64,000 bases of DNA from positions 151,419-215,418 of the IMG/VR virus record IMGVR_UViG_3300048927_000250. One strand, 5' to 3'. The notes under the pieces were generated by a model that saw only the letters and a program-made list of their open reading frames with translations, did not search any database and had not been told where the DNA came from. The position numbers and the translations under genes were made by a program. Below are positions 45,518-54,241 of the stretch, one piece after another. Numbering within the stretch: position 1 is the first letter of the stretch; each line of letters starts with the position of its first letter.

Positions 45518-46552
45518 TTACGGGTGAATCTTTTCCCAGAGCTCCTGGTGAGCTTTGATTTCGAGGTGGTTAAGGTACTGTAACGTTCCTTTACGCACCC
45601 CTTGGTAAATATTCACGTAATCGAAGTCGTAATACGCTTCCAGCAGAATGGTGACTGAAGGAGATTTTTCCTGAATCGCCTTGTGTTTACGGTAGACGCC
45701 ACGCACGTGCTGGAAGAAAGCATCACGTACACCGTCCAGGGTTTCCTTCAGGCTGCACGCGAACAGCTGGTACAACGCCACATGTACATCACGCCATGGA
45801 GTCAGGTCACCGTGACCGATGGCTGTCAGACAGAAGCGGCGAGCATCGTCGTATTTGAGCGCCATGGCCACATGACCAACCTTCTCCTGCTCTGTCCAGA
45901 ACCAGTCCGGGGTTTCGGTCTGCGCATGTTCGAAGAACGCCACCACGAGTTCAGGCGCATCGCCGGAATACTGGATGTGGTCAACTGCCAAACTTTTACG
46001 CAGGTCTTTTACTTTATGGACGGCTTCGTTGAAGAGACCTAACCACGGACTGAGCCCATTGGTCTTACCGGGTTCCGATGATGCGAAGACCGGCAGTTCC
46101 AGGTCGGCGAGGAAAGAGCGTAACGCCAGAATTTCCATCAGCAGCGGACGCTCAGGGATACCTTCTACACCGTGGTCACCCAGGTAGTAGTTTGCCTCCA
46201 CCTTCACGCTCATGTGCGAGACTGTGTAAAAGCTGATGTCGCTATCGTCACCCAGCGTCAGCACCCCGTCTTTGTTGATGAGCTGTAGCGTACCGTACCC
46301 ACCGTCTAACTCTAGGTACAACGTGAAGTCTTTGTTGAGGTCCGCTTTCGCCATGTCCTCATCAGACAGTGGGAAGTCGATGCTTTCGTTGACCTTCCAG
46401 TCCAGGGAGATAGTATCGACGGTAATCTTCTGAAGCTGGTCGAGAGAGTGATAACCCTTCTCGGAGATTTCGCGACGCCACTCACAGCGGTCGTCAACGA
46501 AGGTCAGGTAAATTTCTTGTACGTCTTTGTTGGTTGCGAAAAGTGAAGTCAT
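45518..46552 (-). CDS. Hypothetical protein
   Basis: 344 aa; beta-rich N-half, helical C-half. Confidence 0.7.
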   Translation of the reverse strand: MTSLFATNKDVQEIYLTFVDDRCEWRREISEKGYHSLDQLQKITVDTISLDWKVNESIDFPLSDEDMAKADLNKDFTLYLELDGGYGTLQLINKDGVLTLGDDSDISFYTVSHMSVKVEANYYLGDHGVEGIPERPLLMEILALRSFLADLELPVFASSEPGKTNGLSPWLGLFNEAVHKVKDLRKSLAVDHIQYSGDAPELVVAFFEHAQTETPDWFWTEQEKVGHVAMALKYDDARRFCLTAIGHGDLTPWRDVHVALYQLFACSLKETLDGVRDAFFQHVRGVYRKHKAIQEKSPSVTILLEAYYDFDYVNIYQGVRKGTLQYLNHLEIKAHQELWEKIHP

Positions 46553-47133
46553 TTGGTTTCCTCCTGAGGAATGATTTGTTCGACACGAACGATTTTAATG
46601 GTTTCTTTGGCGAAGACTCGCCACTCAGTCGTGTACATGGATGCAGCATTGCCGCCGTACGCCGCCCCGTCAAACCCTGCTGCGATTAATTTAGTAACCT
46701 CTTCAGGGTCGTCGTAGAACGGGTAGGCTTGGAAGTAGAGTTCCTCCAGTCGGTCCGGGTAACGGTCCAACCATTGGTCAATCGTGTGGTTCGGGTACTG
46801 CGCAAATTCCGATACGGTCATGTCCTCCCAGAGGTTGGTGTCGACAATCCACTCTTTGAACTTGCGGGCAATACGTAGGGCTTCGGTACGCCCGAGTTTA
46901 GCTTCAACCTCACCTAACTCCAGGAAGGGGTCAGTCGGGGTATTCTGGAAAAAGTTCTTGCAGTCGAGAGTAGCGACGACAATGCGTGGGTTCTCGACCT
47001 GTCCCAACGCATCCAGTGGATGGATGGCGTAGTAGTGAGCGGTGGGTCGATGGTTACTGAAGGTCCATGACGCCAACCGCTTATCTAAGACGTCTCCCGC
47101 ACCGTAAATGCCGCGAAAGAATTCTGTAGTCAT
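46549..47133 (-). CDS. Putative ADP-ribosyltransferase-fold protein (ART-PolyVal-like)
   Basis: FRG (R7), TFS...TAHYYA (S26), AGFDG, EWRVF (E170) in canonical ART order. Confidence 0.55.
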   Translation of the reverse strand: MTTEFFRGIYGAGDVLDKRLASWTFSNHRPTAHYYAIHPLDALGQVENPRIVVATLDCKNFFQNTPTDPFLELGEVEAKLGRTEALRIARKFKEWIVDTNLWEDMTVSEFAQYPNHTIDQWLDRYPDRLEELYFQAYPFYDDPEEVTKLIAAGFDGAAYGGNAASMYTTEWRVFAKETIKIVRVEQIIPQEETK

Positions 47134-47789
47134 TGTGCTTTCAGACTCCCGCCTGTTTTGCTGGCCCCGGCCTGCACTTGTTGTTCTTTACGCAGGTAAA
47201 CCATTTCGAGGTTGAAATGATAAACCGCATTGTTCAGAATCGCCCGTAACCCAGTCAGGGTTTTGGCGCTGTTAATTTGGTCAGTCAGGTAATCGCGATG
47301 ATGCGGGTCGAATTCCTGGAACGCAACTTCTTGCCCCAGACGTTTGTGGATGTCGTGCACCACTGCATTCAACGCGTACTTTTCTTGCACTTCTTTGTAG
47401 TGCACTTCGTAGATATCGCGGACCGCATCGAGCAAAGCCTTCAGGCGGTCAGACCCGCCCACGATGAACAGTTGGTGTTCCACATCGCGCACGAACTCAG
47501 AGATGAAATCCACCATCTGACTTTCAACCGCCAGAAAGTCAGGGAGTATGATGTCTCGCCAGCTCTGACTGTTTTTCAGCATCCCTTCTAACCAGACTTG
47601 TTCCGAACGCTCAGTCTCGGCAACCAGTCCCGGAAGCCGCGCTGCGAGATTGGATTGGAGGCTAGCAACCATCGGTTTGTTCAGTGCGGTTGTTTTTGCC
47701 CGTTCAGTCAGGTTCAACAGGTCCTGCATGATGGCAGCTGCCATCTGAACGTAAATAAGTTTCTTCTTGTTGTCGAAGTTGTTGTACAT
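47130..47789 (-). CDS. Hypothetical helical protein
   Basis: AGGAG SD before ATG 47789. Confidence 0.7.
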   Translation of the reverse strand: MYNNFDNKKKLIYVQMAAAIMQDLLNLTERAKTTALNKPMVASLQSNLAARLPGLVAETERSEQVWLEGMLKNSQSWRDIILPDFLAVESQMVDFISEFVRDVEHQLFIVGGSDRLKALLDAVRDIYEVHYKEVQEKYALNAVVHDIHKRLGQEVAFQEFDPHHRDYLTDQINSAKTLTGLRAILNNAVYHFNLEMVYLRKEQQVQAGASKTGGSLKAQ

Positions 47790-47820
47790 TACTTTTTTCT
47801 CCTGAATAAAAGAATACACT

Positions 47821-47842
47821 CCAGGTCCCCGAAGGAACCTGG
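47821..47842 (-). terminator. Hairpin with C(UUCG)G loop
   Basis: Minus strand CCAGGTTCC-TTCG-GGGACCTGG. Confidence 0.6.
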
Positions 47843-47869
47843 AGGCATAAGGTTTATGTCCGTCGTAAA

Positions 47870-48271
47870 TTATGACTTACGATTCTGGTGAGCAGCGATA
47901 CCGTTGACAATGCGTTTCAACGCGTCGACCGTGTCGTTCCACTTGCGGTACAATTCGCTGGCGTGACCGAATTCAGGGAACGCATTGATTTCGATTTCCA
48001 TCGCGCGCATCACACCTTTGAAGTCATGGTGGTCGAACATAGATGGCCAGACAGCCCCGATGTGGGATTTGACGGTCTGGTACTGCATCCCAGCTTTGGA
48101 AGCTTTCATTTCCCCAACGGTTGGGAGACGCACTTTATCCAAATAGTCAGTAAGCTCGGACAAAGGTGCTTCGGTTTGCTTATTCAAAAGCTTGATAAGT
48201 TTTTCTTTATGCTCATCATCGAGTTCTTCGATTAGACCCACGATGATATTGTATATTTTTTCTTGTTTCAT
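47870..48271 (-). CDS. Hypothetical protein (paralogue of 48307-48702)
   Basis: 133 aa; aligns by eye with the upstream gene. Confidence 0.7.
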   Translation of the reverse strand: MKQEKIYNIIVGLIEELDDEHKEKLIKLLNKQTEAPLSELTDYLDKVRLPTVGEMKASKAGMQYQTVKSHIGAVWPSMFDHHDFKGVMRAMEIEINAFPEFGHASELYRKWNDTVDALKRIVNGIAAHQNRKS

Positions 48272-48306
48272 GTTTACTCCGATAGGGGTCCATGGACCCC
48301 GGGTTA

Positions 48307-48702
48307 TTAGTTAGTGTTTTGTTTACGTAAGCAGCGGCCAGCCTGAACTATCTTGATGAGATGTCCGATGTAGCTGTTCCATTGCTTTGAGTAGTAGTGC
48401 TGACTGCGGTACCACGGATAACGTTCAGGTAGCCAGTCCATGAACTTCGTAATGGCCTCTCTGAATTCAAAGTCTTCAAAGAGTGGGATGTGCGTCATCT
48501 TGAAGAGTCCGATAGACACCTTTAAGAAGTTCTTCTTCACATCGTTCATGGACATCGGTTCCGATGAAAGATGTTGACGCAAGAAACCAATGACTTCTTG
48601 CTGCGGGTCAAAGGTCCCTTGAATCGCAAGAATGATTTCTTTGCGTTCTTCGATACTGTACAAACTGAGTGCTTCAATTACCTCTTTATATTTTTCCGTC
48701 AT
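48307..48702 (-). CDS. Hypothetical protein (paralogue of 47870-48271)
   Basis: GGAGGT SD before ATG 48702. Confidence 0.7.
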   Translation of the reverse strand: MTEKYKEVIEALSLYSIEERKEIILAIQGTFDPQQEVIGFLRQHLSSEPMSMNDVKKNFLKVSIGLFKMTHIPLFEDFEFREAITKFMDWLPERYPWYRSQHYYSKQWNSYIGHLIKIVQAGRCLRKQNTN

Positions 48703-48768
48703 AAATACCTCCAATGGTGTTACGGATTATTGTTGTAGTGGAAGGCATAAGTACACCTTCTCATGCTG

Positions 48769-48776
48769 ATAATATA
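48769..48776 (-). promoter_or_regulatory. Early-type promoter variant TATATTAT
   Basis: GGTCTATATTA context identical to the 36610 promoter. Confidence 0.6.
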
Positions 48777-48802
48777 GACCTTTCCTCACTTTAAAACGGG
48801 TT

Positions 48803-50023
48803 GTGAATATGGCCATTCGTGACGTTTTCTTGCGCCTCTCCCGCGTCCAGAGCTTCGACAAGAAGTTCGCCAATCGGGTGAAAGCGTTTTACAATGGGTT
48901 CATTAACAAGAACCCTGAGCATTCCGGCTTCTTCGGTTCCGGTTTGTTAGCCGTACACCGCCTGCGTTGGACAGACCAGGAAACCGGGAACTGGTTCGAT
49001 GACATCCTGGAAGGTGACCGCGATGAAATCCAGGAAGCCCTCTGGGAACTGGATAGCGTCGACCGAAACCACATCGTGGCCTCTGACGCCCTGAACCTCA
49101 GTGTGATTTATCTGGTCCACCGGACACTGACCAGCAAAGCGCTGAACGCCAAAGAACAACATGAGTGCGCGGTACACCTCATCAGTATCCTGCACTTCAA
49201 GTACATCTCCAGTATCCTCACCAACTACTTCCAGTATCAGTCTGACCCGCAGATTGCACTGCGCACGTACGAGGCGATGAACTTCAAGTTTGACCTGAAG
49301 GTCCTGAAGACGTGGGGTAACCTGATTCACGCCCGCGCTGAAAGTATCATTGCCAAATCCGGTATCCACTACAAAACCTTCATCGCCTTTGCCGACGACG
49401 AAGATATCCAGTATGCGGTCACCGACCCACAGACCCGTATCCGTGTGGTGATTAAGAAACTCACTGCGCTGTATTACGAAGTCCGGGCCGATGATGGGCG
49501 TGTTGCTTCCGTCTCCAGTATGGTAGAAGTGGACGGGGAACTGGAAGTGCGTGACATGACGCGTACCCTCAGTACGTACAGTCGATACCTGAAGGAAATC
49601 ATCGTTGACGGCCCGTCCTTTGTTCGCCTTGAACTGGTGAACACCGTAGCAGGGATGAACCCGTCCATGACCCCCAGTGCGTTCGTGCAAACCTTGAACT
49701 GGGTGTCGGCGAACTACCAGGCTAACCCAAAAGCCAAGTTACCGGAGTTCGTGGATAAGGTCCTGGAGTTTGCGTTTGACCTGATTAAGGAGAAGGGGAT
49801 TGATTCCCGAAACCTGGTTGCGGTCTCCGAAGTCCTGAAGGGGATTATCAACGCCTCCCGTAACAAAGAGAAAGACGTCCTGTACCTGCGTAACGAAGGC
49901 GACAAGATTGTTCGGACTGCGACTGGACGTAAGAGCCCAACGCCTGTATCCGGGGAACGTACCGGGTTGATTCTGTACTTGGTCCTTAGGGCGATGACGG
50001 TGAACTACTTCAAGAAACGCTAA
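48803..50023 (+). CDS. Conserved helical protein, probably virion or core gene
   Basis: 406 aa (ATG 48809 is an alternative start); lone plus-strand gene with terminator. Confidence 0.75.
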   Translation: MNMAIRDVFLRLSRVQSFDKKFANRVKAFYNGFINKNPEHSGFFGSGLLAVHRLRWTDQETGNWFDDILEGDRDEIQEALWELDSVDRNHIVASDALNLSVIYLVHRTLTSKALNAKEQHECAVHLISILHFKYISSILTNYFQYQSDPQIALRTYEAMNFKFDLKVLKTWGNLIHARAESIIAKSGIHYKTFIAFADDEDIQYAVTDPQTRIRVVIKKLTALYYEVRADDGRVASVSSMVEVDGELEVRDMTRTLSTYSRYLKEIIVDGPSFVRLELVNTVAGMNPSMTPSAFVQTLNWVSANYQANPKAKLPEFVDKVLEFAFDLIKEKGIDSRNLVAVSEVLKGIINASRNKEKDVLYLRNEGDKIVRTATGRKSPTPVSGERTGLILYLVLRAMTVNYFKKR

Positions 50024-50110
50024 TGGTATGTTCATTGTAGCTGAACATGGATTGGGAGTTCAGGCCCGACCCACTAGATTGGCGCGCAATTTAAGCGGAT
50101 ACTTTTCCAC

Positions 50111-50145
50111 GAGGGCCTTCGGGTCCTCGTTTTTTTTTCTTTTTG
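50111..50145 (+). terminator. Intrinsic terminator with C(UUCG)G loop
   Basis: GAGGGCC-TTCG-GGTCCTC plus a long T-tract. Confidence 0.85.
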
Positions 50146-50156
50146 TTTCGAGAGGG

Positions 50157-50184
50157 CAAAAAAAAAGTGCCGGTTTCCCGGCAC
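50157..50184 (-). terminator. Intrinsic terminator
   Basis: GTGCCGG-TTTC-CCGGCAC with an A9 tract on the plus strand. Confidence 0.8.
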
Positions 50185-50187
50185 CGG

Positions 50188-51225
50188 TTACTCAGTTTCA
50201 AACGCAGCCTCTTCTTCTAACAGTACCGCATCCGCCTCTTCCAGAAGCAGTTGTTCTCGCCGGTACAGACGATAAATCCCTTCAACCAGGATATCGGGTA
50301 AGTCGGTAATCTCATCGAACTTAAACCCGAACGCCCAGCCAAACCACTCCACCACCTTACGAATTCCCGCCACGCTGTTCAACGCATTGGTTGGGAGACG
50401 TCCAATCGGTTTGCCGTTGTTAGCAATGGTGGTCAGGCCCGTGTCGTTGAACAAGTCCAGGTTCACAAGTTGCAGGTGTAACTCACTGCTGCTGAGTTCG
50501 AAACCAAAGGTCTTGGACAAGGCTTCCCGTAACAGTGGGAGGGTGTCTTCAAAACTCATCGACGTGTACGTGATGGCGTAGGCAAACGGATGACCAAAGA
50601 GTAGCCCCACAATCACCGCACGAATCTCATCGTCCCGACTCACCCGCCGTACAAACTTCACATCCGGAATCGTGTACCCCGGGGCAAAGTAGTAGAGGCT
50701 CTTTGAATGGTAATTGAACCGGTTTTCGATGTTGATGCGTTCGACGTGCCCTACCGAGGTCTTCGGGTGCAGTAAAACCCAGTCACGGTAATCGGCGTTC
50801 AGTTCCGCGTTCAACGAGTCGTCACAATACCCGTACCGTTGCAATACCGATGCATCCATCGCCCAGCGCAAGTCGGACCCATTGCGGTCGGCTCGCGCTA
50901 CCTTTTTATTTTTGCTGTACATCACAAACCCGGTGTCTTCGATAGCAAAGCGCACCTTGGTCGCCAGAGCTGCCTTCAGAACGCCTGGGAAGTACCCTGT
51001 CTGGTATATCAGCTCAACCATGACCTTGACTAGCTGGTGACGGTTAATCGCGTCAGGGGACTCCTGGTAAAGGAAATAGCGATGACAGCGTTTCTGCGTT
51101 TCCGAAAAAAGAAAGAGATAGTCAGCACAAGGGTTGTCCCTGTGGGACAGCAAGCGTCCGAGTAGACGCCCACCACCCCACAGTTCCCAGCCCGTCTCAA
51201 CAATTACCAGACGGAAGTTTTTCAT
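50188..51225 (-). CDS. Hypothetical protein
   Basis: 345 aa, GGAGG SD, ATGA overlap. Confidence 0.7.
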   Translation of the reverse strand: MKNFRLVIVETGWELWGGGRLLGRLLSHRDNPCADYLFLFSETQKRCHRYFLYQESPDAINRHQLVKVMVELIYQTGYFPGVLKAALATKVRFAIEDTGFVMYSKNKKVARADRNGSDLRWAMDASVLQRYGYCDDSLNAELNADYRDWVLLHPKTSVGHVERINIENRFNYHSKSLYYFAPGYTIPDVKFVRRVSRDDEIRAVIVGLLFGHPFAYAITYTSMSFEDTLPLLREALSKTFGFELSSSELHLQLVNLDLFNDTGLTTIANNGKPIGRLPTNALNSVAGIRKVVEWFGWAFGFKFDEITDLPDILVEGIYRLYRREQLLLEEADAVLLEEEAAFETE

Positions 51226-51896
51226 TCTCCCTCCTCGTCATCGAGCAGGCTGTCATACGCCAGTTCAATCAGGTCCTGCCATTCATCGAAATTCAACTTG
51301 GAACCAAGCTTCTTCTCGTAGTCCAGCATAAATGCTTTCACCGGGTTGATGGTACCTTCTACCGCTTCCATTCCTGCGTTACTTGCACAATTCTCATCGG
51401 CGGCCATGGCAATCTCCTGTTTAAGGAATTCGTGGATGAAAGTAGAAAGGGTACTTAGACTGATGCCGTCAAGGTCTTTATCCAGCACCAGACGATAATC
51501 CGTCTCGTTCCCTGGGATAACAAACCCGACGTTGTAATCACCCAGCTTCAAACCGATGACAGGTTCTTTACTGGTATCGCTCTGCACTTCGACAGGATGG
51601 AAGTTTGGACCGTGGGCAACGACCTTGGTCCAGCCAGCAGTTTGACGCAGGCGTTTCATGACATCGTCAACAATCATCGGCGCGGTCAAGCCTTTGCGGT
51701 TAACGGTGAGGGAATAGAGACGGTGGTTACCAAACGTGTTGGTAATCAGATAGTGGTTGGCACCACGATGATAGCCCGGTTCGATATCCACATCGTTACG
51801 GGTAGTGACAGTCACCAAAGTCAGCTCAGGACGTTTCTTCTTTGGTTTCTGCGGACTCTTCTGAGTCAGGGTCGAATTGGCTAAACGAATCAACAT
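51222..51896 (-). CDS. Hypothetical protein
   Basis: 224 aa, GAGG SD. Confidence 0.7.
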   Translation of the reverse strand: MLIRLANSTLTQKSPQKPKKKRPELTLVTVTTRNDVDIEPGYHRGANHYLITNTFGNHRLYSLTVNRKGLTAPMIVDDVMKRLRQTAGWTKVVAHGPNFHPVEVQSDTSKEPVIGLKLGDYNVGFVIPGNETDYRLVLDKDLDGISLSTLSTFIHEFLKQEIAMAADENCASNAGMEAVEGTINPVKAFMLDYEKKLGSKLNFDEWQDLIELAYDSLLDDEEGE

Positions 51897-52053
51897 GATG
51901 GAACACCTCTTGAATTACGTGGCAGGCATTGCTAAGCGCCCTCGATTAAATGGATAATAAAAGTGAGGTCCTGATAAAGAACTACTAACCACACGTGCAC
52001 ATACCACGTAGCGACTGAGTAATTTTTTACCAGGACTTTTCTTTCTCACTTGA

Positions 52054-52061
52054 GTAATATA
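52054..52061 (-). promoter_or_regulatory. Early-type promoter motif TATATTAC
   Basis: Exact consensus just downstream of the terminase stop. Confidence 0.65.
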
Positions 52062-52072
52062 GGTCTGAAAGT

Positions 52073-54190
52073 TTATCGGTAACGACTGTACGAATCCCGA
52101 CGACGAGAACTGTTGAGCTCTTCGATGAGGGACGAGACGTTGATGTTCTGCACACCCATGCCCTGCAACTCGCCTTCCAGGTAACGAAGCTGTGCCTCGT
52201 ACTTGGTGATGAGTACCGGGTTACTGGTATCGCGCAACACCTGAATCGTTTCTTCCAGCGCATCGTTAAGTTCGTCCAGCTGATAGTTCATCTGGCGTTC
52301 TTCTTTCGACAACCCATCTTCTTCAATGGCTTTCGCCAATACTTTCTTCCGGTCAAGTCCGTAGTAACCGAGGTTACGTCCGTAGACCAGGAACCACACA
52401 GGAAGGAGCCAAGCGATGACGGTATCATCGTGGCCATCGCGACTGTGGTCCACACGCCCGTTCTTATCTTCCAGTCCACTGATTTCCGCAATCAGCTGTT
52501 TATCGTGAACACGACTTGCACCTTTACGCGCAGCAATCTTCAGGATTTCGTTGTACAGCGTCTTACGGGTAGTGGTGCCGGTACAGAACCCGAACTTGGT
52601 TTTACGTCGCACGTAGAAACTGTCATCACGGGTATTCAGCGGACGACGGATTTCCATGTACGCATCAGGGTTGACCTCGTGGTCCTGTACGATGCTGTTG
52701 TAGATACGCGCAAACGGGTCAATGCCTTCGGCGTGAAGTCGGATACACAGGTAGTCGATGAACGTCTGACCGGTGGACTTACGCTCTGGAATCAACACCG
52801 ACGTTGGGTAGCGCATCATGAACTCGAACAAGAAATCGGCGTAACGTGGAATCAAGGCCTCGTTCACCACCGACACACCCAACACCGACAGGTCGGTATA
52901 GTCTTCGATGACCAGCGACAGCGCATCTCGACCACCGCCTTCCGAGGTATCCGAACCCACCACCGCAGGTAGGGTCAGACGGCGTGCTTCCAGTTCATCA
53001 CGGGTAAGGTACCAGTGAATGATGAACCCGCCCGGTAAGGTCTCTGAGTATTCGGAGTAACGTTGAGAACCGTTGATGCGTCCCAGCAGTTCTTTGTCCA
53101 GTGGGTTCTTCAACCCGCCTACGGTCCAGATGTTGAAGTAGTCACGGTCAGCGTCCCCACCTTCCGCGGCGTTCTTCGCCATGTTCTCGTAGTGCTGTTT
53201 GTCCGATACACCCACTTGCAGATGTGACCAGGTGCCGTTGATAAGAATCTTACGGCCCTTACAGTGCCGCTTCACGGTCTCACGCAGGTCGTCTTCGTCC
53301 TTGCAATCGTACAAGGTGTCAGACCAGCGCATGGCTTCTGCCCACAGCTTGTAGATGAACGCACCGTCACGGTCATCCTGCTTACCGGCCGTTGTGGTGA
53401 TGATGGAACCGTATGGGAGCCCCTTTTTCTTCGCTTCCTGAATTACGGCATCACCGGACGCCATACATGCGGAGTAGGCAATCTTGATGTTTGCGATGTA
53501 GGGGGCTTCGTCCCAGATGTTCGTTGGTGTGGTGTTACCACGACCAACACGGTATGCACCGTTTTCGTCCGCACGGGATACGGCAATGGCGTAGCGGTTG
53601 TTACGAGACTTGTAAGTGACCATCTCATTGCTGAGGGAGTCGTTACGGTCTTGGACCACCAGGTATTGCGGCAGATACTCTTTAATGCGACGTAAACGAC
53701 CGGCGTTCTCTGCACGCAGTTCGTCGGACTTTGTAACCAGACCGATACGGGCGTTACGGTACTTGATGTACAAGAGCCAGGAGGACAGGGCATCCGAGGA
53801 GATGGACTTACCGGTCTGTCGTGGCTGAATTAACAGGTAGTCGATATGGTTACAGTACGACCAGATGAGCGACATGTTCGCTCGGTTGGCACGGAACTGG
53901 TTACCACCTTCGCCGACTGCCGGTGGAATCAGTAGGCATTCCCGTAGGTAATACCAAACGTTGTTGTAGCACTCGTTCTTAATCGCCAACTTCTCTTCGA
54001 ACGTCAGCTTTGGGGAGAACGGGTCCAGTCCCTGAATTTCGGGGTTAAGTAAAGAGATAGGCCAGAGGCAGTTCTTTACACCGGCTTCATGGTACAACTT
54101 CGATGCGAAATCCATGAAGTAACCGTTATTGGTTTTCTTATCCGGAATCGCACTGGGGAACCTTTCCCAGTCCTTCATGAACAGAATCAT
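52073..54190 (-). CDS. terL: Terminase large subunit (phiKZ gp25-like)
   Basis: Walker A QPRQTGKS, Walker B IWDEAP, nuclease acidic motifs GSDTSEG and HDDTVIAW. Confidence 0.92.
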   Translation of the reverse strand: MILFMKDWERFPSAIPDKKTNNGYFMDFASKLYHEAGVKNCLWPISLLNPEIQGLDPFSPKLTFEEKLAIKNECYNNVWYYLRECLLIPPAVGEGGNQFRANRANMSLIWSYCNHIDYLLIQPRQTGKSISSDALSSWLLYIKYRNARIGLVTKSDELRAENAGRLRRIKEYLPQYLVVQDRNDSLSNEMVTYKSRNNRYAIAVSRADENGAYRVGRGNTTPTNIWDEAPYIANIKIAYSACMASGDAVIQEAKKKGLPYGSIITTTAGKQDDRDGAFIYKLWAEAMRWSDTLYDCKDEDDLRETVKRHCKGRKILINGTWSHLQVGVSDKQHYENMAKNAAEGGDADRDYFNIWTVGGLKNPLDKELLGRINGSQRYSEYSETLPGGFIIHWYLTRDELEARRLTLPAVVGSDTSEGGGRDALSLVIEDYTDLSVLGVSVVNEALIPRYADFLFEFMMRYPTSVLIPERKSTGQTFIDYLCIRLHAEGIDPFARIYNSIVQDHEVNPDAYMEIRRPLNTRDDSFYVRRKTKFGFCTGTTTRKTLYNEILKIAARKGASRVHDKQLIAEISGLEDKNGRVDHSRDGHDDTVIAWLLPVWFLVYGRNLGYYGLDRKKVLAKAIEEDGLSKEERQMNYQLDELNDALEETIQVLRDTSNPVLITKYEAQLRYLEGELQGMGVQNINVSSLIEELNSSRRRDSYSRYR

Positions 54191-54207
54191 ACTTGCCTCC
54201 GTGTGAA

Positions 54208-54233
54208 CCCAGAGGACCCGAAGGTCCTCTGGG
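54208..54233 (-). terminator. Hairpin with C(UUCG)G loop between virion gene and terL
   Basis: CCCAGAGGACC-CGAA-GGTCCTCTGGG 11-bp stem; U-tract is weak. Confidence 0.55.
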
Positions 54234-54241
54234 GCAGAGCG

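Noticed and set aside
50028-50309. 93-aa plus-strand ORF after 48803-50023
   Set aside because: It runs through two terminators and a poly-T tract and lacks an SD.
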